A stretch of DNA of 63,881 bases, counting the filler, from Octopus bimaculoides (Eukaryota), in the NCBI RefSeq assembly GCF_001194135.2. It is 8 parts of 8 records of this genome, joined end to end, with 100 filler letters (N's around TTAATTAATTAA, not from the genome) between each part and the next. Parts side by side here need not be neighbours in the genome. Positions count along the whole stretch, not along the records: positions 39,238 to 46,514 come from NC_068997.1; positions 46,615 to 55,405 come from NC_068989.1; 6 more parts are not named here. One strand, written 5' to 3'. The notes beneath the pieces were generated by a model. That model made no database searches and was not told the DNA's origin. It saw only the letters and a program-made list of their open reading frames with translations. Both the position numbers and the translations under genes were made by a program. This document shows, piece by piece, positions 42,180 through 54,685 of the stretch; the first letter of the stretch is position 1; every line of letters starts with the position of its first letter.

Positions 42180-42430
42180 GTGAAGGCGCGTAGATTAGTG
42201 GTTAGGGTGTCAGCACTATGATCGTAAGATTGTAGTTTCGATTCCTGGACCGCGCAACGTGTTGTGTTCTTGACCAAAACACTTCATTTCACGTTGCTCC
42301 AGTCCAGCTGGCAAAAATGAGTAACGCTGCGATGGACTGGCGTCCCGTCCAGCTGGGGAACACATACCCCATTGAAACCGGGAAATCGGGCCCATGAGTC
42401 TGGCTAGGCTTTAAAAGGGCGCATTTATTT
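42180..42430 (+). mobile_element. tRNA-derived SINE with a V-domain-like segment (family E)
   Basis: B box GTTTCGATTCC; CTGCGATGGACTGGCGTCCCGTCCAG (42327-42352) resembles the V-SINE central domain. Confidence 0.75.
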
Positions 42431-43127
42431 TTATTTATATATAAAGCTATAAAACTAGCTTTAAAGGGGTCCACAGATAAAAAAAAATTATTGAGAATCA
42501 ACTTTTATCCCTCCTTAACCGGGGCTTAAAAGTATGGAGATTCCAAACCCTCAAAAAACTCCAAACTCTCAAATACTCCCATCATTGTCGTACCATATTC
42601 GAACCCATTTCTCCAATTATTTTTCGCTTCATTAGTCCCGTACCCGTACTTAATTGCTTCTCCCTTTCGGGCACATCTATCAACAAATCACTGAAGTGGC
42701 ACCTGTCACCGAGAAATGCACCCAGACGGGCCCTAACTACGCCATCCTTGTTGCTGTTCACATTAAGGGCCCAACTCTTCACCTGTTTCACAGGTCCCAC
42801 TTCAAAGCAATACGGTCATTACAGCTATTACTGTGTCCTCGGTTATTATCCCCTTTACCCGAGAACAGCTCACTTCCTTAATCACTTTCGTTAACTCACT
42901 CCACTCTGCTCTAGGAGTTTACATCCACCATCTCCACCACCTCTATTAAGTCCCGGTACATCTCCGATTCTATTCTCTCTCTCTCTTTCCGTCTCTTTCT
43001 CTTTCTCTCTCTCTTTCTCTCTATCGTTTACGAATCTTCAGATTGAGTGCCCCAGCATGGCCGCAGTATGACTGAAACAAGTAAAAGGTAAAAAGGAAAC
43101 AATATATACGCAAATGTGCATATAATT

Positions 43128-43320
43128 CTTTCTGCTATAGGACCGAAAGATATCATTTCTCAGAAGAGAATAAGTCAAGTGTATAACCCCTACTCCACCC
43201 CAGGGCTTAACTGCTACTTATTTTATTTATCCCGAAAGAGTGAAAAATAAAGTCGACTTCGGTGAAATTTGAACTCAGAATGTAAAGAGCAGTACCAAAC
43301 GCCGCTAAACATTTGTCCGG
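43128..43320 (-). mobile_element. SINE family C
   Basis: aagtcgacttcggtgaaatttgaactcagaa..cgccgctaaacatttgtccgg. Confidence 0.8.
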
Positions 43321-43772
43321 CTCGGGGGTCTNNNNNNNNNNNNNNNNNNNNNNNNNNNNNNNNNNNNNNNNNNNNNNNNNNNNNNNNNNNNNNNNNNNNN
43401 NNNNNNNNNNNNNNNNNNNNNNNNNNNNNNNNNNNNNNNNNNNNNNNNNNNNNNNNNNNNNNNNNNNNNNNNNNNNNNNNNNNNNNNNNNNNNNNNNNNN
43501 NNNNNNNNNNNNNNNNNNNNNNNNNNNNNNNNNNNNNNNNNNNNNNNNNNNNNNNNNNNNNNNNNNNNNNNNNNNNNNNNNNNNNNNNNNNNNNNNNNNN
43601 NNNNNNNNNNNNNNNNNNNNNNNNNNNNNNNNNNNNNNNNNNNNNNNNNNNNNNNNNNNNNNNNNNNNNNNNNNNNNNNNNNNNNNNNNNNNNNNNNNNN
43701 NNNNNNNNNNNNNNNNNNNNNNNNNNNNNNNNNNNNNNNNNNNNNNNNNNNNNNNNNNNNNNNNNNNNNNNN

Positions 43773-44075
43773 AACCACAATTTCAATTTTCAGTGACTTG
43801 TGGAGGGCCGACTATCACATTCCTGAAATTGATGGTTACAACTTTCAACATAGAACAGTGAACCATAGCGTTGAGTTTTTTTTAACTCGAATGATGGTAC
43901 CCAAATGTTACAAGTGGAAAACAGACGGGCTTCTGTAAAACGAAGTAACAAAGAACGCTGTGACACCCACAGTTCTATGGTTGACTCGTATCCTTGTGAA
44001 TTTATGTAGTGCAGAAGATACGAAAATTACAATTTGTTTGACAAACTCTTAGAGTGCATCGCAAACTTTCGTTTG
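43773..44075 (+). pseudogene. Merlin (ISXO2-like DDE) transposase C-terminal fragment
   Basis: IFSDLWRADYHIPEIDGYNFQHRTVNHSVEF / ..VENRRASVKR..THSSMVDSYPCEFM*..LFDKLLECIANF; SDxW and TVNH motifs. Confidence 0.85.
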
Positions 44076-44768
44076 GGAATTTTCGCCACAAAATATGTAT
44101 TGTTTACACGAACTGAACAAGTTTGTATTTTATAACTTAGCGTTTAGTTTTTTGAGGTTTTTTTGTAATTTTTCACACACAAAAATAAAAGAATGTAATT
44201 GAGGATTTTTTCTTTTTTTTTGTGCATTGTTTACATGCCTGATCCAACATTTCACATGACTTCATTCAATAAGACTCATCAAAACTTCCGTCGTTGGACG
44301 TTTTGTCGTAATGTTGTCATCACGCACAAAATACCAGCTTCCAAATCCTGTTTTCTGATTGGGTAAAAATAATCAAGCTTTAAATCCACTGTAACATTTT
44401 TCTCATATTTTACCGGAACAATTGAATAAAGTTTCAGCATGAAAAATTACATCAATATACCAAATTTGAAAATTTTCACTTAATTTTAAAATTTCAAAAA
44501 ATATGAGTCAAACAGAAAAAGATTCCGGCGCAATAACGATTCTGCGGCTAGCTTCATTAATACAAACTATAACCCAAAGACATTTGGTCAAGATGGGACA
44601 CATTGGTACCGATACCGGAACTAAGTGGTTGCAATACGAGCCTCCTAACCACAGAGCTATCTGCACACCTTCCTGCATTTGACTTTTTATATTGCTTTTT
44701 CATCCTCCGTTGTTGTTTTACTGTATTTTTATTTGATTTCTTTTTTTTTATTAAATCTTGGTCAGGTT

Positions 44769-45911
44769 TTATAGTTGTTTGTTTATGCGCTCCCAGCAGC
44801 CTTCCTCAGGTATCAAAATGCATCTTTCAGCACATTTCTCTGGCATTTTCACTCTTATTACTTCTCCCAACCTCTCGACCCTTCTCTCCATCTGCTCGCA
44901 ATTCTCGTACTTTATCAAAAGCCCCTTGTATTTCACATCTTTATCCGTTCTCTCCTCCTCCTCTTGTACATTATTAGCTTTATTATCTCTTTTTTGTTTT
45001 CCGTTGACCGTTCTTTTGACTTATTTTTCCTTCGCTTTTTAGGGTTAGTAGCTCCATTTTCGTTCTTCTTCTTTGTTTTCTCTGTTTCACACTTCTGCCT
45101 CCCTATTATTTCCTCAGTGTGGTCTACAATTCTTTCCTCCTCTGTTTGTGCTTTTTCTTGCTGTGGCTGTGTGAACTCATATAGGGGGCATTTGGTCTTC
45201 ATATGACCTCTCTCCCCGCATATATAACAATTTGGTTTTCTTCCCTCGACTACGACATTTAACGTTTTCTCGTCCTCCACTTCTATCTGGTAGGGAATTC
45301 TTTCTATGTCCTCGAATGTGGCAAAAAGCCACATTTCGAGTCCAAATACCCACCATTTGCACACTTTTGATTTCGCCACTGGTCCCAATTCCGGCTCCTC
45401 CTTGGTTGCAGCCAGCACTGTTGCAACCAACCACTCTAGTTTAATATCTGGTGTAACTCTAGGAATACGTATTTTCACACTTCTTCTTCCTCTATAACTT
45501 GGTAGCAATGCTATTTTTTCACTTCTTAAAATGTTGGTTGCCTCTTCTGTAGTGGCGAACCTCACATCAACCGTACCGAACTTTCTTCCTCTGTTGATGT
45601 ACGTGGCTTCGTTGANNNNNNNNNNNNNNNNNNNNNNNNNNNNNNNNNNNNNNNNNNNNNNNNNNNNNNNNNNNNNNNNNNNNNNNNNNNNNNNNNNNNN
45701 NNNNNNNNNNNNNNNNNNNNNNNNNNNNNNNNNNNNNNNNNNNNNNNNNNNNNNNNNNNNNNNNNNNNNNNNNNNNNNNNNNNNNNNNNNNNNNNNNNNN
45801 NNNNNNNNNNNNNNNNNNNNNNNNNNNNNNNNNNNNNNNNNNNNNNNNNNNNNNNNNNNNNNNNNNNNNNNNNNNNNNNNNCTCCATACTGGAGACACTA
45901 CCACTTGCCAT
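44769..45911 (-). CDS. Gag-like/LINE ORF1-type protein with one CCHC zinc knuckle; one frameshift; N-terminus crosses a gap
   Basis: CYICGERGHMKTKC (45229-45188) after an RRM-like region (GTVDVRF..VKIRI..LNVVVEGRKP), K/E-rich tail; probable start MASGSVSSME at 45911; second frame ends at TAA 44771-44769. Confidence 0.75.
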
Positions 45912-46457
45912 AGCTGGGAAAAATGCAGCAGCTCACGTGAAATGCAACCGTAATAATTCCACAAAAATCACAATTATTTACCGAGACAGTTTTCACAAAG
46001 TAACACAACAGTATTCACAATGATTCACAGAGCCGTTATACCGCGAAGCATTTCGCCCGCCGTGCTAACGTTTCTGCCAGCTCGCCGGGAGATAGACGTT
46101 TCTGACTCAATAACCGTCGTTAGCTTAAGTAATTTGCATTGGACAATACAGAGAGTGCAACATGTCGAAACGGTGTCTTGTGTTCCTGTCTTCTGTATTT
46201 GTAGCTTTTTAAAACTTATTTTGTTTTGTGGCTAATTTTCAAGAAATGACTAATAAGGTTGCTTGCTTAGTGTTGCAGCATGGGTATTCTATTTGAGGTT
46301 GTTCTTGTGACAACGAGGTACGAGATGTGGTGTTGTTGCTGTTTAAGTGATGATGCTAATTACTCTTATAGACTATTTTAGTGTTGTGCGTTTTGCACTT
46401 TATGTCCGACGCAAATGTTTTGCCACTCTTCCATTTTCCTACGGGTCATTTAGTATG

Positions 46458-46512
<55 letters not shown>

Positions 46513-46614
46513 GTNNNNNNNNNNNNNNNNNNNNNNNNNNNNNNNNNNNNNNNNNNNNTTAATTAATTAANNNNNNNNNNNNNNNNNNNNNNNNNNNNNN
46601 NNNNNNNNNNNNNN

Positions 46615-46665
<51 letters not shown>

Positions 46666-47007
46666 GATATAAAAACTTGCGCAGTCACACACGCACTCTC
46701 ATACACACAAACAAGGCACGCACAAACGCACACACAAATACATACATACTCATATACACAAACACACACATACACATACGAATATCACCAACGTCACACT
46801 GTGTTGCCAACGAGAGAGCCTCTATGTGGTCGCTCGAACTGCTAGAAATAGCTGTCAAATCTCCCTCAAATTTATCACCCTGGTTTGTTACACAAAAGAC
46901 AGGACACATTCGATAATGTAGTATTAGTCCTACTTTACCTTAAATAGACGTGTTGGTCATGGTTGGAATACCTATGATCATAGGTGTCCCTGACCCAGTT
47001 TCGCCTG

Positions 47008-47162
47008 GGGTTAAATAATCCTTTCTATTGGAAGCACAAGGCCTCAAATTTGGGGGAAGGGATTAAGTCGATTTACATCGACCCTAGTGCGTAACTGGTA
47101 CTAATTTTATCGACTCTGTAAGGATGAAAAGCAAAGTCGACCTCGGCGGAATTTGAACTGCC
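47008..47162 (-). mobile_element. SINE family C
   Basis: aaagtcgacctcggcggaatttgaact. Confidence 0.85.
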
Positions 47163-47289
47163 GGGGGTTAAATAATAAAAACAACAACACGCAGGACTGC
47201 AATCGCACACACACACACACACACATGCTATCGTATACACACACATTATTACACGCACATACACACACACACACTTCCTACAAGTGGAT

Positions 47290-48008
47290 GCACCACCACC
47301 ACCACCACCACCACCACCACCACCACNNNNNNNNNNNNNNNNNNNNNNNNNNNNNNNNNNNNNNNNNNNNNNNNNNNNNNNNNNNNNNNNNNNNNNNNNN
47401 NNNNNNNNNNNNNNNNNNNNNNNNNNNNNNNNNNNNNNNNNNNNNNNNNNNNNNNNNNNNNNNNNNNNNNNNNNNNNNNNNNNNNNNNNNNNNNNNNNNN
47501 NNNNNNNNNNNNNNNNNNNNNNNNNNNNNNNNNNNNNNNNNNNNNNNNNNNNNNNNNNNNNNNNNNNNNNNNNNNNNNNNNNNNNNNNNNNNNNNNNNNN
47601 NNNNNNNNNNNNNNNNNNNNNNNNNNNNNNNNNNNNNNNNNNNNNNNNNNNNNNNNNNNNNNNNNNNNNNNNNNNNNNNNNNNNNNNNNNNNNNNNNNNN
47701 NNNNNNNNNNNNNNNNNNNNNNNNNNNNNNNNNNNNNNNNNNNNNNNNNNNNNNNNNNNNNNNNNNNNNNNNNNNNNNNNNNNNNNNNNNNNNNNNNNNN
47801 NNNNNNNNNNNNGCACAACCACTACTGCCGCCACCATCTCCACCACAACCACTACTACCACTAACAATAACATCACCACCACCACCACCACCATCACCAG
47901 GACCACCTCCATCAACACCAGTACCACTATCACTGCCACCACCGATACACCCATCACCACCACTGCCGCCACTACCACCACTATCGTTGCCACAACTACC
48001 ACCACTAC

Positions 48009-48052
<44 letters not shown>

Positions 48053-48150
48053 CTATCACTACCACCACAATCAACACCGTCTCCTCCTCCTACTCCACTA
48101 CCACCACCAACGACACCACCACCCCTACCACTACTACCACAACGTCTACT
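47290..48150. repeat. CAC/ACT/CAT trinucleotide array with gap
   Basis: Visible simple repeats. Confidence 0.9.
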
Positions 48151-48349
48151 TCACCCCATCGACCAGCGCCTCTACTTTCTGCCGTCAGTGACTGTGGCAG
48201 ATGCTGTTATCAGAAGCTACCTTCGGAATCTTTAAACTGTCTGTCACAGAAAGACCAAGCTCACACACTTAAAGAGGTGGCCCATCGCTTTTCTACCAGG
48301 CAGCTATAACATAACATAATATATATATCACACATATATATATATATAT

Positions 48350-48385
<36 letters not shown>

Positions 48386-49012
48386 TATATCACATATCTA
48401 TCTATCTAGACACATCATCTCTATATATCTCATACAACTTATAATCAACTAACTACCCGTTTCATATCCAGAATAAAATATCAGGATGATCCAGCATTGG
48501 TAAGTAAAGAATTTTGTATTCAAAAAGATTATCAACGCCAAAAAATATTGTACACTAAAGCATGAATTCACATGTTTATATATACATGCGCTAATGTGTA
48601 TATACTTATGAAACATGCACTCGTATTTACTCTGATATTATAATATAACACAAATATATAAACACAGATACATATACACTCGTATACACACGCGTATAAA
48701 TACACACACATGCACATACACACACACACACACACACATATATATATGTATGTACATCCAAGCAGATATACAGATATTTCTGTCTTTATTTCTGTCTGTC
48801 TTTACATTTTCTCGCTCTGTCTATCTCTATTCTGACATGTATGTATGTATGTATGTATGTATGTATGTATGTATGCATGTATGTATGAATGTATGTACGT
48901 ATGTATGCATGCATGCATGTGTATGAGTGTATGCATGTATGTATATGTATGAGTGTATGCATGTATGTATATGTACGTAGAAGTTTGTATATACGTATAT
49001 CTATATAATCTA

Positions 49013-49063
<51 letters not shown>

Positions 49064-49324
49064 ATTTACAATTGAGCAAATGTTTGTTGGTAAAAAAGAA
49101 GTAATAAAAATGATCTAACAGTTTCCTGGATGTCGGAGACAATGCGTAAATTTGTGAGATGGGGATCGGCATAAAGCGGGGGTCACAAATCGAAAATGAT
49201 TTGCCCCCAGTCCTTAAGTTTATGTCACTGTATAGACCACGTCCTAATGTATCAAACACTATCGAAGGAACATATTCGACCGCGCCAACAATTTGAACGC
49301 TGAAGTTCTACGAATTCTACCGCA

Positions 49325-49915
49325 TCTTCATTTCGCTAAACCTGGCCTGAAATTCTCAAGGGGGATAGGTTAGTCATTTAGATCGAACCCTGTGTTCAGC
49401 TGATGCTCATTTTATCGACCCCCGAAAAGATGATAGGCACAACTTGCCTCAGCCGGATTTGAACTCAGTACGTAAATAGCCGGTCTCGCGTTCTAACGAT
49501 TCGGCCATTTCCCTGTCTTAATAATCCTCATTTCAAATTTTGGTACAAGTCTAGCAATTATAGGGTGTAAGGCCATTATTTCGGCGACCCCGAACTGATG
49601 AAAGGCGAAGTTGACCTCGGCGGAATTTGAACTGACAACGTAGAGACGGTCACTATGCCGCAAAGCATTTTGTCCAGCGCGCCTACGATTCTGCCGGCTC
49701 GTCGTCTTTCGCGACAGACACAGGGGCAGAAATCTGGGAAGAGGGCTCTAATCGATTCTATCGATCACAGTGCACCACTGCTATTTATTTTATCGATCCT
49801 GATAGGATGTAAAGTAGAGTCAACATCGGCGGATTTCGAACTCTAAACGTAAAGACGGACGAAATGCCGGTAAGCATTTTGTCCGATGCGCTAACGAGTC
49901 TGTCTGCTCGCCGCC
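49325..49915 (-). mobile_element. Three tandem SINE family C copies
   Basis: Three successive ..cctc/catcggcgga.tt.gaact blocks near 49450, 49620, 49830. Confidence 0.85.
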
Positions 49916-49949
49916 TCAATAATAATAATAATAATAATGATGATGATGG

Positions 49950-49989
<40 letters not shown>

Positions 49990-50145
49990 CGTCACTTTTT
50001 TTTCGTCAGCGAAGAATGAAATTTACCTTTACCGAAATATTTAAACTAAGCATCGATCTAACGCGGTTAAGGGCCAATGAACGAAACTTTCCGCCCATGA
50101 GTCACTCTTTAACTTCCTTTAAAATATGTCTCAATGTGTTAGGTG

Positions 50146-50179
<34 letters not shown>

Positions 50180-50587
50180 GTATGACTCATTGTATACATA
50201 CAAACATGCATGTATACATATGTATGTATGTATGCAATATATATATATATATAGTAATTTCTTCAAGTATACATAGTCGTGTACACCCATACAGACATCA
50301 CACACACACACGTCTTTCTGCGATTCTTCCTTCTATTACTGCTTTTGTCTTTCCTTCTTCCATGCTTCCATGTTTTCTTCTCTCTCTCTCACTCACTCTC
50401 TCTCTCTCTGACTCTGTCTCTGTCTTTCTCTCTCTCATTTCTTCTTTCGTTCTTCACCGCTTGCATTTTTTACCGTCGCGTTTCATACATACATACATAC
50501 ATACATACATGTATGCATACATACATACATGCATATATACATGCATACATACATACATGCATGCATACATACATACATGCATGTACG

Positions 50588-50646
<59 letters not shown>

Positions 50647-51308
50647 GTATATANNNNNNNNNNNNNNNNNNNNNNNNNNNNNNNNNNNNNNNNNNNNNNN
50701 NNNNNNNNNNNNNNNNNNNNNNNNNNNNNNNNNNNNNNNNNNNNNNNNNNNNNNNNNNNNNNNNNNNNNNNNNNNNNNNNNNNNNNNNNNNNNNNNNNNN
50801 NNNNNNNNNNNNNNNNNNNNNNNNNNNNNNNNNNNNNNNNNNNNNNNNNNNNNNNNNNNNNNNNNNNNNNNNNNNNNNNNNNNNNNNNNNNNNNNNNNNN
50901 NNNNNNNNNNNNNNNNNNNNNNNNNNNNNNNNNNNNNNNNNNNNNNNNNNNNNNTATATACATGTTTATATATATATTCATATTTATATATATATATATC
51001 AAGATGTGTGCTAAATGTGTGTATACGGTAAATGAGCATGTATGTATGTATGTATTTGTTTGAATTCACGAAGCATTGTTTACAATTGCATAGAGGAATA
51101 ATGATACCGAATAGAGAGGATGTATGTTTGACAACAAACCCTGTACTTTTATGTACGTGTGCGCGCGTGCGAAATGGTGTGCATCCGTGCATCTATACAT
51201 ACATAAATACGCGGACAGTTATCATGTGCAAACAGATATACACCTGCACACTTACGCATTCACACACGCGCACATATGCATTATATGCGTATGCATACGT
51301 AAAGATAT

Positions 51309-51369
<61 letters not shown>

Positions 51370-52169
51370 TATCTTTTATTTGTTTTGGTCATTAGAGTGC
51401 GACCCTGCAGGGACACCGCCTTGCAGAATCATACACAGTACTTATTACTGCAACTCATTCCCTCTTCTTTTGACGAACTGCTAAGTTATGGTGTTGTAAA
51501 ACACAAACGCCGGTTGTCAGCAGTGANNNNNNNNNNNNNNNNNNNNNNNNNNNNNNNNNNNNNNNNNNNNNNNNNNNNNNNNNNNNNNNNNNNNNNNNNN
51601 NNNNNNNNNNNNNNNNNNNNNNNNNNNNNNNNNNNNNNNNNNNNNNNNNNNNNNNNNNNNNNNNNNNNNNNNNNNNNNNNNNNNNNNNNNNNNNNNNNNN
51701 NNNNNNNNNNNNNNNNNNNNNNNNNNNNNNNNNNNNNNNNNNNNNNNNNNNNNNNNNNNNNNNNNNNNNNNNNNNNNNNNNNNNNNNNNNNNNNNNNNNN
51801 NNNNNNNNNNNNNNNNNNNNNNNNNNNNNNNNNNNNNNNNNNNNNNNNNNNNNNNNNNNNNNNNNNNNNNNNNNNNNNNNNNNNNNNNNNNNNNNNNNNN
51901 NNNNNNNNNNNNNNNNNNNNNNNNNNNNNNNNNNNNNNNNNNNNNNNNNNNNNNNNNNNNNNNNNNNNNNNNNNNNNNNNNNNNNNNNNNNNNNNNNNNN
52001 NNNNNNNNNNNNNNNNNNNNNNNNNNNNNNNNNNNNNATATATATATATACATATATACATATATAGACTATTTTATTTACATATGTGCCGGAAGTCAAT
52101 TGGTGATCGAGTAAAGACCACTTCTTGAACCCATTTCACTCTAAGAAACATCTCAAATTTTGGTCTCTC

Positions 52170-53000
52170 CGCCACTGCTTACGTTTGGGATGGCTCTTAG
52201 GGCCTGCAAGGCTGCAAGGGACTTACAAGTTATCCCACACTGACATAAAGTCAGCCCTCCAGCAACAGCCCGACCATCTGGGTGTTCGGACCTACAACGC
52301 CGAGTAAGTCCTCTGTCCGACCCACACCCTCTGCTACGCAACGCGCACGACAGATCATGCTTGATATGGGAGTGCCTTCGTAGGCCTGCTTTTGAGATGT
52401 AGACACGACCTCACTGGTTTCAAGAAAGAGACTCTTTCGTGCCCTTCACAGGGAAAAGATTCACATTCTCCATATATTCAACAGCGAGTTTCAACTTATT
52501 GTATGTAACACTATTGTCCTTGAATTCTTTAACACCAGTAGCAGTCAGATTACTCCACAGCTCCCTATCTGATGCAGAGCCTTCCCAGGTATTAGTATCA
52601 ATATTGATCCTTTTAAGTGTGTCATTCTGATATAAAAAATACCCAGATATGCAGCGAATAGTATTGATCATTTTGGCTATCTGTTACTTGCGCTTGAAAT
52701 CATGGCGCTCCCACATTCCTGGTACTGGATATCTCGACCTGCCTCGTCTCTAGATCATGTTAGTGGGGGTGGAGAGGGCCAGTGAGGTGCTGTGCAAGCC
52801 ATTTTGGACCTAAAGCCTTCGGTTGTTCAATCGCCGGCGAGGTCTAGCCGAGCAGGAGGGCGCTGCAGCGAGCAAGGCAGCCTTAGTCGCAAACCCAGAT
52901 GAAGCCGACTGCTGGTGCAATAACCTCATGCACGGGCGTCACAGACATTTTGCATGGGTAATGGTCAGTGGTGTTCTTCCTCGGTCACACGTTGACAGCC
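52170..53000 (-). mobile_element. RTE-type LINE remnant: C-terminus with C2H2-like fingers joined to a GC-rich upstream segment
   Basis: DTLKRINIDTNTWEGSASDRELW (52420 ORF); RSRGCGSDRGLTRRCRSEH and CQCGITCKSLAAL (52153 ORF); no RT core between. Confidence 0.65.
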
Positions 53001-53056
53001 CTCATCACATATATTCTTAGGTCACACGTTGACAGCCCTCATCACATATATTCTTA
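52983..53056. repeat. Perfect 37-bp tandem duplication
   Basis: ggtcacacgttgacagccctcatcacatatattctta x2, abutting a SINE 3' end. Confidence 0.95.
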
Positions 53057-53275
53057 TTCTTTTATTCTTTTACTTGTTTCAGTTAATTGACAGTGGCCAT
53101 ACTGGAGCACCGCCTTTAGTCGAATAAATCGACCCTAGGACTTATTCTTTGTAAGCCTAGTACTTATTGTATCGATCTTTTAGGCTGAACAGTTAAGTTA
53201 CGGGGACGTAAACACACAAACATCGGTTGTCAAGCAATGGTGAGAGGACAAACACAGACACACAAACATACATAT
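53057..53275 (-). mobile_element. SINE family A tail
   Basis: cttttacttgtttcag..ggagcaccgcctttagtcg..ttacggggacgtaaacac. Confidence 0.9.
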
Positions 53276-53510
53276 GCGTATATATATATATATATATATA
53301 TATATNNNNNNNNNNNNNNNNNNNNNNNNNNNNNNNNNNNNNNNNNNNNNNNNNNNNNNNNNNNNNNNNNNNNNNNNNNNNNNNNNNNNNNNNNNNNNNN
53401 NNNNNNNNNNNNNNNNNNNNNNNNNNNNNNNNNNNNNNNNNNNNNNNNNNNNNNNNNNNNNNNNNNNNNNNNNNNNNNNNNNNNNNNNNNNNNNNNNNNN
53501 TTATTCGGTA

Positions 53511-53580
53511 GCCATGATAAAACTCCGAGTTTCGGATGCCGGGGTGGGAGCCCACGCCAACATCTCTTCAGTTATCTGGC
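53511..53580 (-). ncRNA. Type-I hammerhead ribozyme, intact core
   Basis: GCCA-GATAA-CTGAAGA-long stem II (GATGTTGG/CCGGCATC plus GTGG/CCAC)-GAAA-CTCGGAG-TT^TTATC-a-TGGC; predicted cut between 53521 and 53520. Confidence 0.85.
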
Positions 53581-53601
53581 CATTGAAAATTCCTGTCAAT
53601 G

Positions 53602-53671
53602 GCCGGATAACTGAAGAGATGTTGGCGTGGGTTCCCACCCCGGCATCCGATACTCGGAGTTTTATCATGGC
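53602..53671 (+). ncRNA. Second hammerhead copy with GAAA changed to GATA (A14U)
   Basis: Same layout, T at 53651. Confidence 0.8.
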
Positions 53672-53751
53672 TACCGAATAAGTGTCACATATTTTTACAG
53701 ACAAATTCCTCTATTTACATAACATCGAGGTCTCTTTCTTTCTATCTATCC

Positions 53752-53825
<74 letters not shown>

Positions 53826-54334
53826 ATCGGGAGATTTGTTATGGGCTAAGACCACACATATTCACTTCATCGCTTCTTTCGCTATATAGATTTATGTTGC
53901 AGCACCAAATAATTTCTAATTTATTAAAATTTTTGTTGAAACTTTCGGGTAAAAAAAAAAATGGATAATATCGAAGTTCTGTCGTTAAGGCTAATTACGT
54001 TCTACCCTGCGAAGAACGTGTGTCTTGTGTATCTGTGCATATGTGTACACATGTGTATGTGTTTGTGCGTGTGTGTTTGTGCGTGTGTGTCTGTGTGCGC
54101 GCACGTGTGTGTTTGTTTCTTTGCTCACATGTGTTTACCATCTGGAAATATCTTAGCATTACAAAACCATGGGTCCCATGTAGTGTCCCCTTATGTTAGC
54201 CTTATGATGAACATTCTTTAGCACATTATTGACAATGAGGCGTAAAGCATGATGGATGTCAGTCGCTGGCAGTACGTTTTTCAAACTGTGAATTCTTTGA
54301 AAGCAGCATGAGGCAAAATTTGCAAATGCATATA

Positions 54335-54505
54335 GGTGCAGGTTGTCTGTATGGTAAGAAGCTTGCGTCCTAACCACATGGTTCCGAGTTCAGTTCCGCT
54401 GCGTGGCACCTTGGGCAAATTTCTTCTACGATAGCCTCGGGCCGACCAAAGCCTTATGACTGAATTTGGTAGAGGGGAAACTGAAAAAGCCCGTTGTATA
54501 TGTAT
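54335..54505 (+). mobile_element. SINE family A head
   Basis: tggtaagaagcttgc..gagttcagttccgctgcgtggcaccttgggcaa. Confidence 0.85.
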
Positions 54506-54544
54506 CTATTTTCTATTTTTTCTATTTTCTATTTCCTCTCCCTG

Positions 54545-54685
54545 TTTATTTCTGTGTTCCCTTCTGTCGAAGAGCGTGGGCTCGAAACGTAAAAGACTTT
54601 CTCACTTCCCGAGCGTTAAACTAATATATCTGTTTGCTGTTTACACACCCGTCTTCGTTTTTTGTTCTTTGTAAATTCTCACTAT
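54545..54685 (+). mobile_element. HHR-like tail module with variant core
   Basis: CTGTCGA-A-GAGC gtgg GCTC-GAAA-CGTA (54564-54591); stem I weak; ends in (TA)n. Confidence 0.55.

Larger units (their letters stand above)
53501..53681. repeat. Foldback with 86-bp arms, 9-nt loop, 3 differences; each arm is a hammerhead unit
   Basis: 53501-53586 vs 53596-53681; left arm begins at the gap edge. Confidence 0.95.

Noticed and set aside
42545-42900. Possible very old PLE endonuclease fragment (HIKGP..; NTVITAIT..)
   Set aside because: Similarity too weak to call without an HMM search.
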